A stretch of 64,000 nt of DNA from Bacteroidetes bacterium GWF2_35_48 (lineage in GTDB: Bacteria; Bacteroidota; Bacteroidia; Bacteroidales; GWF2-35-48). How positions within the stretch are numbered: position 1 is the stretch's first letter; every line of letters begins with the position of its first letter. Positions 19,799-29,800 of the stretch are shown here, piece after piece. The notes beneath the pieces are model-generated. The model saw only the letters and a program-made list of their open reading frames with translations. It did not search any database and had not been told where the DNA came from. Location of the stretch: NCBI GenBank assembly GCA_001769125.1, contig MEOG01000082.1, positions 18,747 to 82,746 of the forward strand, in the 5' to 3' direction. Position numbers and translations under genes: made by a program.

Positions 19799-21046
19799 TT
19801 AATCTAATAAATGAACAACCAAACCGCTTCTGAGTTTTGGCTCAAACCAGGTTGTTTTCGGGGGCATAATATTTCCTGTATCTGCAATATTAATCAGTTG
19901 TTTCATTGAAACCGGATATAAAGCAAAGGCAAGTTTCATTTCTCCGCTGTCAACGCGCTTTTTAATTTCCCCGAGTCCACGGATTCCTCCAACAAAATCA
20001 ATACGTTTATCGGTACGAAGGTCTTTAATCCCTAATATTTCATCAAGAACAAGTTTTGATAAAATTGTTACATCTAAAACACCAATAGGATCGGCATCAT
20101 TAAAAGTGCCTGTTTTAGCAGTAAGGGAATACCATTTATTGTCAATATACATACTGAAATTATGCAATTTACCGGGTTTGTATATTTCAGCCCCTTTTTC
20201 CTGAATATCAAAAACCTGGTTTAATTTTTCAAAAAATTCGGCATTCGATAAGCCATTCAGTTCTTTAACAACCCGGTTGTAATCAATAATTGTAAGTTGA
20301 TTATCGGGAAAATGTACTGCAAGGAAAAAATTATATTCTTCATTGCCCGTGTGGTTCGGGTTGTTTTTCTTTTTCTCATTACCGACAAGAGCTGCTGAAG
20401 CCGTTCTGTGATGCCCGTCTGCAATATAGGTATAAGGAATTTTCGCAAAAAGACTGATAATTGTATCTATTATTTTTTTATCGCGAATTACCCAGAAATG
20501 ATGACCAAATCCATCAACTGAAGTAAAGTCATATTCAGGCTCATTTAATTTTACAAAATCAGTGACAATATCGTCAATTTCCTTAACGGCAGGATATGTA
20601 AAAAACACGGGCTCCATGTTTGCATTGGTAATACGCACATGCTTCATTCTGTCTTCCTCTTTATCTTTACGGGTAAGCTCATGTTTTTTAATGATATTAT
20701 TCATGTAATCTGTAACAGCAGCGCATCCTACAATTCCGTATTGTGTTTTGCCATTCATGGTTTGCGCATAAATGTAGAGATAATCTTCGGTATCCTGTAT
20801 CAACCATTCTGCTTTTCTGAATTTCTCTAAATTTTCCTTTGCTTTGGCATAGACTTCCGGCTCGTGCTCATCAATTCCGACAGGTAAATCAATTTCGGGT
20901 TTAATAATATGTAACAATGAGTACGGATTTCCCTTTGCTTCTTCTCTTGCTTCCGCAGAATTCAATACATCGTAGGGTCTTGATGCCAATTCCTTTGATA
21001 TACCTTTTGGTGGACGTAATCCTTTAAATGCTTTTAATATTGCCAT
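19799..21046 (-). CDS. DUF1015 domain-containing protein
   Basis: 415 aa. N-terminus MAILKAFKGLRPP......ASRPYDV is characteristic of DUF1015. Commonly linked to serA/serC in Bacteroidota. Confidence 0.8.
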   Translation of the reverse strand: MAILKAFKGLRPPKGISKELASRPYDVLNSAEAREEAKGNPYSLLHIIKPEIDLPVGIDEHEPEVYAKAKENLEKFRKAEWLIQDTEDYLYIYAQTMNGKTQYGIVGCAAVTDYMNNIIKKHELTRKDKEEDRMKHVRITNANMEPVFFTYPAVKEIDDIVTDFVKLNEPEYDFTSVDGFGHHFWVIRDKKIIDTIISLFAKIPYTYIADGHHRTASAALVGNEKKKNNPNHTGNEEYNFFLAVHFPDNQLTIIDYNRVVKELNGLSNAEFFEKLNQVFDIQEKGAEIYKPGKLHNFSMYIDNKWYSLTAKTGTFNDADPIGVLDVTILSKLVLDEILGIKDLRTDKRIDFVGGIRGLGEIKKRVDSGEMKLAFALYPVSMKQLINIADTGNIMPPKTTWFEPKLRSGLVVHLLD

Positions 21047-21078
21047 AATACAATTGAATTTAAAATTTACATAATAAA

Positions 21079-21106
21079 GAAACTCCGAAATTAATTCCGG
21101 AGTTTC
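21079..21106 (-). terminator. rho-independent terminator of the four-helix-bundle gene
   Basis: Stem GAAACTCCG / CGGAGTTTC followed by a T-rich tract on the minus strand. Confidence 0.6.
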
Positions 21107-21114
21107 TAAAAAAT

Positions 21115-21510
21115 TTAACTGTTAAAACCGGGAGCAACCGGAGCTCTTTCTTTATTCAAAATTGAAGTAATGAATCCGCTGAGCATTTTTGATAATTCAA
21201 TTAATCTTGCTCTTGATTCGTCTTCTGCTAATTCGCTGATAAGATTCTGCCTTTTAGCAATTGTAGTATAAACAACACATTCCCTTAATGCGCATTTGGC
21301 ATCTTTAAGTGTATTGATAAACTGTTGTTTGCTTTCGCCTGAACCCCCTGCAATGCTCAAAGCAATCTGGCTGGCAGAAATTTTAAACGGGGTAGAAATA
21401 TCATCCTGCGCAAAAGTTTTTGTTATTGAGACCACCCAATCAACATAATCCAAAGCCTTCTGATAAACTCTTAACTCTTCAAATCTGAAAATGCCTTCTT
21501 CTTTTTCCAT
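21115..21510 (-). CDS. four helix bundle protein (23S rRNA intervening-sequence protein family; bAvd-like fold)
   Basis: 131 aa. N-terminal FEELRVYQKALDYVDWV motif and ..IALSIAGGSGE.. are typical of this family. Confidence 0.8.
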   Translation of the reverse strand: MEKEEGIFRFEELRVYQKALDYVDWVVSITKTFAQDDISTPFKISASQIALSIAGGSGESKQQFINTLKDAKCALRECVVYTTIAKRQNLISELAEDESRARLIELSKMLSGFITSILNKERAPVAPGFNS

Positions 21511-21580
21511 AATTACGTTATTTTATATTCTACACAATAATCTTTCTTCTGCGTGTGGCTTCAGTTGTATAAATATTTTT

Positions 21581-21634
21581 GTTGCAGGTTGCAGGTTGCA
21601 GCCGTAGACTATCAGAGTCGAAGTCCAGGTTGCT
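21581..21634. repeat. GGTTGCA heptad words plus GAGTCGAAG-type hairpin element
   Basis: GTTGCAGGTTGCAGGTTGCAGCCGTAGACTATCAGAGTCGAAGTCCAGGTTGC, between the serA stop and the four-helix-bundle gene start. Confidence 0.8.
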
Positions 21635-21649
21635 ATTTAACAACAAAAA

Positions 21650-22570
21650 TTACTTATTTACCTGAAATGTTCTATCGCCATTTTTAAGAAATCCTACAAT
21701 TTGATTTGCAGCTGCAAGACCAGCATTGATGTTAGCTTCAGACGTTTCTGCTCCCTGTTTTTTGGGTGTTGCATAATATCTTTCATTGTATTGAAGCAAG
21801 TCTGCATGACAATCCGGCGCAATATCAGATGCATATTTAAAATCCGGACGTTCTGCAAACATTTTTTTCAAAGACTCTTCATCAATAACTTCTTTTCTCG
21901 CTGTATTAACTACGATTGCACCTTTCGGCATTTTAGACATCAATTCAAAATTAATTGATTTTTTTGTCTTTTCGTTTGCAGGAATGTTCACTGAAATATA
22001 ATCGCAGGAGCTGTATAGATTTTCTACACTCTGTGCGCAAATGAGTCCGTCTTTTACGATATCTCCCTGACAGGCATAAGGGTCATAAGCCCAAAGCTCC
22101 ATCCCAAAGCCCTTTGTTATTTTAGCCACACATTTCCCAACAGCGCCGTAAGCTTGAATGCCCAATTTTTTCCCTTTCAGTTCTGTTCCTGAAATTCCTT
22201 TAAACTGCCCGCGCGACATGAAAACCATCAATCCAAGCGCAAGTTCGGCTACAGCATTTGAATTCTGACCGGGAGTATTCATTGCGCAAATGCCTTTTTC
22301 TGTTGCTGCGGCAATATCAATATTGTCATAACCTGCCCCTGCGCGGACAATAATTTTTAAATTTTTAGCGGCTTCAATAACAGCATGCGTTGCTTTATCA
22401 CTTCGGATAATTAATGCATCTACGTCTGCTACTGCTTTGATAAGATCATTCGGGTCTGTGTATTTTTCGAGTAATACTGTTTCAAACCCTGCTTCTGTGA
22501 ATATTTTTTTAATACCGTCAACTGCAGCTTTTGCAAACGGTTTTTCTGTTGCTATTAATACTTTTGCCAT
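21650..22570 (-). CDS. serA: D-3-phosphoglycerate dehydrogenase (short D-2-hydroxyacid dehydrogenase type)
   Basis: 306 aa. NAD-binding GIQAYGAVGKCVA. Genomic linkage with serC. Confidence 0.8.
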   Translation of the reverse strand: MAKVLIATEKPFAKAAVDGIKKIFTEAGFETVLLEKYTDPNDLIKAVADVDALIIRSDKATHAVIEAAKNLKIIVRAGAGYDNIDIAAATEKGICAMNTPGQNSNAVAELALGLMVFMSRGQFKGISGTELKGKKLGIQAYGAVGKCVAKITKGFGMELWAYDPYACQGDIVKDGLICAQSVENLYSSCDYISVNIPANEKTKKSINFELMSKMPKGAIVVNTARKEVIDEESLKKMFAERPDFKYASDIAPDCHADLLQYNERYYATPKKQGAETSEANINAGLAAANQIVGFLKNGDRTFQVNK

Positions 22571-22589
22571 ATTTTTTGTGTTTTAGTTT

Positions 22590-22748
22590 TAATGTTACAA
22601 GTTGCAGGTTGCAGCCGTAGACTGAGCGGAGTCGAAGTCGAGGTTGCAGGTTGCAAGTTTGACCGTAGACTGAGCGGAGTCGAAGTCGAGGTTGCAGGTT
22701 GCAAGTTTGACCGTAGACTGAGCGGAGTCGAAGTCAAGGTTGCAAGTT
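22590..22748. repeat. tandem repeat, about 2.8 copies of a 48-bp unit (hairpin motif + GGTTGCA words)
   Basis: Unit CCGTAGACTGAGCGGAGTCGAAGTCGAGGTTGCAGGTTGCAAGTTTGA starts at 22615, 22663 and 22711. It fills the serC-serA spacer and abuts the serC stop codon. Confidence 0.95.
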
Positions 22749-23814
22749 ATGCTTTCATTTTTTCAAATTCTTTCATGCAATCAACAAGCGCTTGAACACT
22801 TTCCGTTGGAAGTGCGTTATAGCAAGAAGCGCGGAACCCTCCAACAGAGCGGTGTCCTTTAATTCCTACCATACCGTTTTTCTTTGCAAAATCCATAAAT
22901 TCATCTTCTAAAGCTATGTGTTTTTCATCCATTACAAAGCAAATATTCATTAAAGATCTGGCTTCTTTTTCTGCAGTTCCTTTAAAAAACGGGTTTCTGT
23001 CAATTTCATTATAAAGAAGGCTTGCTTTTGCTTCGTTAATTTTCTGCATTTCTGCAACACCACCAAGGCTCTTAACCCATTTCAGTGTTTCACGCATCAC
23101 ATAAATCGGAAAACATGGAGGAGTGTTGAACATAGAGCCTTCTTTGATATGTGTTCTGTAATCTATCATTGAAGGAAGAACTCTTGTAACTTTTCCAAGA
23201 ATATCTTCACGAACGATAACAAAAGTAACACCTGCGGGACCGACATTTTTCTGTGCTCCGCCGTAAATCATTCCATATTTTTTAACGTCAACAGGACGGC
23301 TCATAATGTCGGAAGACATATCTGCAATAAGTGTTACAGGGCAGTCAATATCTGTTTTAATTTCGGTTCCGTAAATTGTATTGTTTGTTGTGATGTGAAA
23401 ATAATCAACATCTGTAGGAATTGTATATTGTGGAATATATGTATAATTTTTATCTTTTGATGAAGCAACAACATTTACTTCGCCAAATAATTTAGCTTCT
23501 TTTATGGCTTTGTTTGCCCACACGCCTGTATCAAGATACGCTGCCCTTTTTTCTAACATATTAAAAGGAATCATACAGAACTGCATGCTAGCTCCTCCTC
23601 CAAGGAAAAGTACATGATAGCCATCGGGAATATTCAGAAGCTCTTTCCACAATGCTCTTGTTTCTTCTATGATTGCTTCGAATTCTTTACTCCTATGTGA
23701 AATTTCTATTAAGCCCATTCCGATTCCATCAAGGTCTAAAATAGCCTTGGATGCGTTTTCAATTGCTATTTTTGGAAGGATGCAAGGTCCGGCATTAAAA
23801 TTATGTTTTTTCAT
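22747..23814 (-). CDS. serC: phosphoserine aminotransferase
   Basis: 355 aa. N-terminal HNFNAGP, GGGAS, and a PLP-lysine region ..YGGAQKN... Confidence 0.95.
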   Translation of the reverse strand: MKKHNFNAGPCILPKIAIENASKAILDLDGIGMGLIEISHRSKEFEAIIEETRALWKELLNIPDGYHVLFLGGGASMQFCMIPFNMLEKRAAYLDTGVWANKAIKEAKLFGEVNVVASSKDKNYTYIPQYTIPTDVDYFHITTNNTIYGTEIKTDIDCPVTLIADMSSDIMSRPVDVKKYGMIYGGAQKNVGPAGVTFVIVREDILGKVTRVLPSMIDYRTHIKEGSMFNTPPCFPIYVMRETLKWVKSLGGVAEMQKINEAKASLLYNEIDRNPFFKGTAEKEARSLMNICFVMDEKHIALEDEFMDFAKKNGMVGIKGHRSVGGFRASCYNALPTESVQALVDCMKEFEKMKA

Positions 23815-23890
23815 GGTATGAAGTTTTAAAATTTAACGTAATTATTTTGCGACTAAAGTAAGAATAAAAAAAGATTTAGAGAATGTTATA

Positions 23891-23992
23891 GGGCAGATTG
23901 GGAGATGGTATTTGGTAATTGGTACGTAGAATCGTTCCATACTTCGACTTCGCTCAGCACAGGTGGAACGATTCTACAGTACAGTACAATGA
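23891..23992. repeat. GGTAATT-type word repeats flanking a 13-bp-stem hairpin whose loop carries the inverted GAGCGAAGTCGAA motif
   Basis: Stem TAGAATCGTTCCA (23927-23939) / TGGAACGATTCTA (23964-23976). The loop contains TTCGACTTCGCTCA. Confidence 0.85.
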
Positions 23993-24020
23993 CGTTGAAT
24001 GGGTTCGGCGCAATCAGCGA

Positions 24021-24737
24021 TTAAAAAGAATGATTTACAAGTACATTGTCTTTAAGAATAGGCAAAACGGGGGCAAGATTGAACGAAAGGCAATAAGGGA
24101 TGAGATGGCTCATGTGAAGATTTTGCAGTCTTCTTTTATGGGATGCTTTTTCAAGATAGGCAACAGGGTCTTTTTTACATAAGTTCCATAAATCTATTGC
24201 TGCGAGTGTAGCATCACATTGGGTTTGATGTATTCCTGATTCAAGCAAAGAGGAAGCAAGGGCTCCTGCAAAGACAGAATCTTCAAGATTAAATCGGTTT
24301 TTCCAACCTGAACAAAAAATAAGAACGGGTGCATTTTCGATAGTCAGCCAGCGGGTTAAAATATCAATATTAAGAAAAGAACCAATGACAAGTTTTTTTG
24401 CATTTTTTGCCATTGAAATTGCCTGTGTACCGTTTGTAGTACTGTAAGCGACTCTTTTTCCTGCAACAATTTCGGGAGTAAACAAATCTGGAGAATTTCC
24501 AATATCAGCAAAATCGGGTTTAATTCCATCACGTTCGGCTGCTACAACGTAGCCCTTGTCTTTCATCTGCCGCGCTTCTTCAATTGTTGCAACGGGAATC
24601 AGTTCTTTAACTCCATTGTGAAAAGCAGCACAAATAGAAGTGGTTGCTCTGAAAATATCTACAACAACAACAATGCTCTCATCGGTTTTATATAATGGGA
24701 ACAGAGCCGGAGAAAAGCAAGTTTCGATATCAGCCAT
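24021..24737 (-). CDS. comB: 2-phosphosulfolactate phosphatase family protein
   Basis: 238 aa. N-terminal ..VVVDIFRATTSI.. motif typical of the ComB family. Confidence 0.8.
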   Translation of the reverse strand: MADIETCFSPALFPLYKTDESIVVVVDIFRATTSICAAFHNGVKELIPVATIEEARQMKDKGYVVAAERDGIKPDFADIGNSPDLFTPEIVAGKRVAYSTTNGTQAISMAKNAKKLVIGSFLNIDILTRWLTIENAPVLIFCSGWKNRFNLEDSVFAGALASSLLESGIHQTQCDATLAAIDLWNLCKKDPVAYLEKASHKRRLQNLHMSHLIPYCLSFNLAPVLPILKDNVLVNHSF

Positions 24738-24765
24738 TTTATGTATGATTATTTTGTTGTTGAAA

Positions 24766-24805
24766 AAATCAGGTCGCAGAAGATAGAAAGCTACGACCTG
24801 ATTTT
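24766..24805 (-). terminator. rho-independent terminator of gcvT
   Basis: Stem AATCAGGTCG / CGACCTGATT with a U-run on the minus strand. Confidence 0.75.
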
Positions 24806-24809
24806 TGAA

Positions 24810-25898
24810 TTATCCTTTATAAAATGGAAATTTAACGACTTTAGCTTTTAGAGCTTTATCACGGATTTTAATAAGAATTTCTGTTCCGGGTTTTGATAGA
24901 GCAGCGGGTACATAACCCATTCCAATACCAATTTTCATCATGGGAGACATAGTGCCGGATGTTACGATACCAATTTTATTCCCGGCTTCGTTAACGATTT
25001 CATATTCATGGCGCGGAATTCCCCTGTCTATCATTTCAAAACCTACCAGCCTACGGCTTGTTCCCTGTTCTTTTTGATTAAGCCATAAATTTTTGTCAAT
25101 AAAATTTTTATGGGGAACAAATTTTGTTATCCAGCCTAATCCAGCTTCAATACCTGAAGTTGTGTCGTCAATATCGTTTCCATAAAGGCAGAAGCCCATT
25201 TCGAGGCGAAGGGTATCGCGGGCTGCCAAGCCAATTGGTTTGATACCAAACTCTGCGCCTGCTTCAAAAACTGCATTCCAGATATGTTCTGCATCTTTAT
25301 TTGTAAAGTAAATTTCACAACCACCAGCTCCTGTATAACCGGTTGTAGAAAAAATAACATCTTTTACTCCGGCAAAGTCTAATTTTTTAAATGTATAATA
25401 CTCCATATCCGTAACAGGAGTTGGAGTAAGCTTTTGCATAGCTTTCAATGCTAATGGTCCCTGCACGGCAAGTTGTGAAATTTCATCGGAAGCATTATAA
25501 AGAGCAGCTCCAACATCGTTCTGCTGATTGCACCAAGCCCAGTCTTTATCAATATTTGCTGCATTTACAACAAGCAGATAGGTTTCTGCATTAATTCGGT
25601 ACACCAGTAAATCGTCAACAATGCCACCTTTTCCATTTGGAAAGCAAGAATATTGAACTTTTCCGTCAACAAGTACAGATGCGTCATTTGAAGTTACTTT
25701 CTGAATGAAATCAAGAGCTTTTGATCCTTTTACCCAGAATTCGCCCATGTGCGAAACATCAAAAACGCCAATTTTTGTTCGTACTGTAACATGTTCTTCA
25801 ATGTCTCCGGTATATTTTATAGGCATGTAATAACCGGCAAATGGACTCATTTTAGCCCCTAATTTTTCATGAATGTGTGTAAATGCTGTGTTTTTCAT
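24810..25898 (-). CDS. gcvT: glycine cleavage system aminomethyltransferase T
   Basis: 362 aa. Motifs FDVSHMGEF and GYTGAGG. Architecture typical of GcvT. Confidence 0.95.
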   Translation of the reverse strand: MKNTAFTHIHEKLGAKMSPFAGYYMPIKYTGDIEEHVTVRTKIGVFDVSHMGEFWVKGSKALDFIQKVTSNDASVLVDGKVQYSCFPNGKGGIVDDLLVYRINAETYLLVVNAANIDKDWAWCNQQNDVGAALYNASDEISQLAVQGPLALKAMQKLTPTPVTDMEYYTFKKLDFAGVKDVIFSTTGYTGAGGCEIYFTNKDAEHIWNAVFEAGAEFGIKPIGLAARDTLRLEMGFCLYGNDIDDTTSGIEAGLGWITKFVPHKNFIDKNLWLNQKEQGTSRRLVGFEMIDRGIPRHEYEIVNEAGNKIGIVTSGTMSPMMKIGIGMGYVPAALSKPGTEILIKIRDKALKAKVVKFPFYKG

Positions 25899-26010
25899 TT
25901 TGAATAATTTTATAATGATTTATTAAAAATATTTACTGCTTATTGAAAACAAAAGTATAAAAAATATGCTTGCATGACTTTTTTAAATAAAAATGCTGAT
26001 ATGTTTTTAG

Positions 26011-26137
26011 GCAGGGGGTTGCAAGTAAGGGGTAAGTGGTAATGGGAGGGAGAGACGTTGCATTGCAACGTCTGTACCGCCGCAGCGGATTGTAAGCGGT
26101 AATAGGTAATTGGGTGTGGGAGGAGTTGCAGGGTAAT
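26011..26137. repeat. G/T-rich word repeats (GGTAAGT/GGTAATG/GGTAATT) flanking a 21-nt palindrome
   Basis: AGACGTTGCATTGCAACGTCT (26053-26073) plus CCGCCGCAGCGG. Lies in the divergent gcvT/csp spacer. Confidence 0.8.
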
Positions 26138-26327
26138 TATTATTGTGATTTGTAATTATTCAGCTTCATTTTCAAATGATTACAAGACAATTTCTTTGGT
26201 TTAATTTGATTCCACCGAGACGGATGATAATTTTTATTGCCTATAAAATCAAAAAAATCAAAAATAATAAGCTTTATTTCAATTATTTTTTTTATCTTGC
26301 GCCCATTAATTTTTAAAAAATAATATT

Positions 26328-26519
26328 GTGAACAACGGAAAAGTAAAATTTTTTGATGAAACGAAAGGTTTCGGATTTATCAAAGACGCAGATTCAGCTA
26401 AGGAATATTTTGTTCATTCCTCTGGTTTGAAAGACAAGATTAAAGAAAACGATGATGTAACTTTTGATCTTGAAGAAGGAAAAAAAGGATTAAATGCAGT
26501 AAATGTTAAACTCGCATAG
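26328..26519 (+). CDS. cold-shock protein (CspA family)
   Basis: 63 aa. KVKFFDETKGFGFI (RNP-1) and FVHSS (RNP-2). GTG is the only in-frame start after the upstream stop at 26307. Confidence 0.9.
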   Translation: MNNGKVKFFDETKGFGFIKDADSAKEYFVHSSGLKDKIKENDDVTFDLEEGKKGLNAVNVKLA

Positions 26520-26548
26520 TTTATTATTTATTCTAAATCATTTTGCCT

Positions 26549-26579
26549 GAAATCCCGCTTTTTAGCGGGATTTTTTTTT
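26549..26579 (+). terminator. rho-independent terminator of csp
   Basis: Stem AAATCCCGC / GCGGGATTT followed by a T9 run. Confidence 0.85.
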
Positions 26580-26581
26580 GC

Positions 26582-26625
26582 AAATGTTTATTACCCCGAG
26601 CTAAAGCTCGGGGTAATAAACATTT
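26582..26625. repeat. perfect 20-bp-stem hairpin (REP-like)
   Basis: AAATGTTTATTACCCCGAGC-TAAA-GCTCGGGGTAATAAACATTT. Confidence 0.9.
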
Positions 26626-26835
26626 CCCTCTCTGCGGGACAAGCTATTTGTGTGTAATGTTTTGTTAAAATATATTTTCTAAAACAGATTTGAAAAAAAA
26701 TAATAACCACAATTTTTGACGAATAAACAAAAAAAAATCAGGCTGAAGATTTTCTATATGTATAAAATTTTCTAAATTTCAAACCTTTGTTTATAGCACT
26801 TGATTTTTATGCACCCAAAAGAAATAACAGGTATT

Positions 26836-29800
26836 CTAAATTTTTATCCCGACAACGGTGATATCATCGGTTTGCTCAAAACAATTGCCATCTCCGAATT
26901 TCCAATCCTCAATTATTTTGTCCATAAATTCTTGTTGTTCCTGCATGGGCTTTTCATAAATTTCAACCAGCATTTGCTTGAAGCGTTTCGACATAAATTT
27001 TTTTCCTTTGGGACCACCGAACTGGTCGGCATAGCCATCGGAAAGCATATAAAATGCATCGCCTTTTTTCAATTGAAATTTCCTGCTTGAAAAATGCGAC
27101 ATGTTTTCATAAATTGCAATAGGCATTTTATCTGGTTTCAACTCTATTAGGCGTGCTCCGGCATGTTCGATGGCTGCTTCTTCTCCTTCAGTATCGGGAT
27201 GAGTTGTAATAATATAAAGCGGGTTGTTCGCACCGGAGAATTCAACAATATTCGTATCCAAATCCAATGCGCAGAATGATATATCCATTCCGTCTTTTTG
27301 CTCTCCCGGAACACCTTTCTGCTGCAAAGAAGTAATGATGCAATCCCTCAATTCATCAAGCACCCGGCTGGTTGATATAATTTCAGGGCGATTGACAATA
27401 TCATTCAGAAAAGAAAGTCCCAGCATACTCATAAAAGCTCCGGGAACGCCATGACCTGTACAATCGGCAGCCGTTACAAAAATGAAATTATTTTTCCTCA
27501 TCATCCAGTAAAAGTCGCCACTCACAATGTCTTTCGGCTTAAACAAAATAAAGAAATCCTGTACGGCATTTTGAATTAATTCAATGTTTGGCAATACGGC
27601 AGTTTGAATACGTCTTGCGTAACGAATACTGTCTGTTATTTCTTTATTTTTATCTTCTACGATGAGCTTCTGATTTTCAATTTCATTTCGTTGCGCAATA
27701 ATTTCCTCATTTTGCTGATGCAGTTCTTCATTCTTTTCAAGAATTTCCTTTTTCTGTACTTCCAGAACAACATTTTTTTCTGCTATTTCGCGGGTACGCA
27801 CTCTTACTTTTTCTTCAAGAATACGTTTGTCCCTGCGTAATTTTTGCAGGCGCAATCTTACAAAAAGAAAAAAGCCGAGAAAAACAAATACCACGCATGC
27901 GATATAAAACCATGTTGTTTTCCAGAATGGAGGCTTTATTACGAATGAAAAAATAATGGGTTCTTCATTCCATTTGCCGAATTTATTTACAGAGATTACT
28001 TTAAATTTATATTCGCCGTGAGGAAGTCCGGGATAAACAGCTTCTCCGTCCCGGCGTGCTGGCGACCAAGTGTTGTCGAGACCTTCGAGCATATACTTGT
28101 ATTGAACTTTATCCGGATTATAATACGAAATTCCGGCAAACTTAAAAGTGAAATGATTGTCTGCATGCCCAAGAATCAACTTAAAGGGCAAAGAAAACCA
28201 TGAAGAAACAGAGTCCACACGTTTTTTCCATTCTGTATTTTCAAAAAACAAATTAATGTTTGTAAGATGAATTTTTGGCTCAGCAAGGTTTGTTTTATCA
28301 AGAGACGGATTGTAGCAGGTAAGACCTTTAATCGTACCGAACCAAATTCGATTCTGATTATCCTTGCAAATAGCATTGCTATGATTTTCGATGCTTGTAA
28401 AGCCATCCGATTCATTAAAATTTATTACATTTATTACTTGTTGTTCTGCCCCAAGATAAACTTTGTCAAAGCCCTTGTCTGTTGCGACAATCAGCAGATT
28501 TTCATTCTCAAAAATAAGCGACGAAATATTATTAGAGCTGAGAAGACTGTCGTTAAGAACAGGAGTAATAGGTGTTTTTCCTTTATGATTGATGTCAAAT
28601 TTGAAAAGTCCGCTTCCGAAAGTACCTATCCAGATATTGCCATAGCGGTCTTCTGCAATACAGTTAATTTGTTTGTTAAGCAATCCTTCCGCGTCATCGT
28701 AATAAATAAATTGCAGATGATTATTTCTTCTAAGCCCGCCATAAGTACCATACCAGATCTCTCCCTTTTTATCTTCAAGAATTGTAAGCGTGTAATTAAA
28801 AAGTCCGTATTGGTCATCGTCCTGATATATGGGGAAAAAAACTTTTCCGTCGTAACGCAGCATTCCATCGCTTGTGCCAATCCACACGATACCCTTGGAG
28901 TCAACAAAAATACTTTTTGCAGGATTTGAAAGCATAGGAACGCTTAATTCATCATAATTGATAAATATATTTCCCACTTTTTTAGAAACTCCTTTTTCTG
29001 TTGCAATCCAAAGTGCTCCATCGTTTCCGAGGCACAGGTAATTAACAAAATTATCTACCAAACCATGCTGTGTTGTGTATTTTCTGAAAATCGGCTTTCC
29101 TTTATTGAAACTCATCTGCACCAAACCGCCTCCCTGTGTGCCAATCCAGAAGTGCCCGTTTTTATCCTGCACAACAGAAAGGATGTCTTTTGCCGGTAAG
29201 CCGTCTGTTTCATTATAATGAATAAAATTTTCTCCGAGAAATTGACACAAACCGCTGCCAAATGTCCCCATCCATATATTTTTTTCATTATCTTCAAATA
29301 GTTTATAAACCTGATTTCCTGCCAAACCGTTTTTAGTAGTAATATGCGTAAAACTATTCTCGGCAAATTTATTGATTCCGCCTTTATCTGTTGCAAACCA
29401 TAGCGTACCCTGACTATCGCAAAGAATATCCCAGACAGTTACATCATTCATTCCATTATTAGTGCTGTACGACACAACTTTTCCGGAATCTTTGCCCAGT
29501 ATATTTATCTTAAATGCGCCTGCATCCTGAGATCCGAACCAGAGATTTCCCTTTGTATCTTTTTCGATAGTGAGAATAAAATTTGAGGGAATATCTCCAT
29601 AAGCCTGATCGAGTTTTTTCAGAGAAGAAATTTCATCTCCCTTAAACGATAAAATATTAATACCTCCGTAAAGTGCCAACCACAAACGCTTTGAGCTATC
29701 TTCAAAAATATCAAAAACGTAGTTTGTCTGAATACGATCCTGATCTTTCGTGTAGGTTTTTATATTTACAGAATCGTCTTTGAAATACATTATACGGCTT

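Noticed and set aside
22590-22748. Possible CRISPR array (also considered for 51565-51691).
   Set aside because: The repeats are contiguous head-to-tail with no unique spacers. The periods are 48 and 7 nt, and no cas genes are present. These are tandem or REP-like repeats.
22555-22795. Track ORFs 22555-22737 (-) and 22592-22795 (+) with repetitive peptides (..STSTPLSLRSNLQPAT.. / ..RRLSGVEVEVAGCKFD..).
   Set aside because: They are pure translations of the 48-bp tandem repeat, whose period is divisible by 3. They lie in the serC-serA spacer and have no independent coding evidence.
23919-24182. Track ORF 23919-24182 (+).
   Set aside because: It starts inside the hairpin/word-repeat element and runs antisense into the comB-like gene, so it is spurious.
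28267-28929. Antisense ORFs inside large genes, for example 28267-28929 (+) within the phosphatase gene, and 4104-4601 (+) and 2354-2659 (+) within ygfK.
   Set aside because: They lie entirely within strongly supported genes on the opposite strand and have low-complexity translations. This is typical of AT-rich shadow ORFs.
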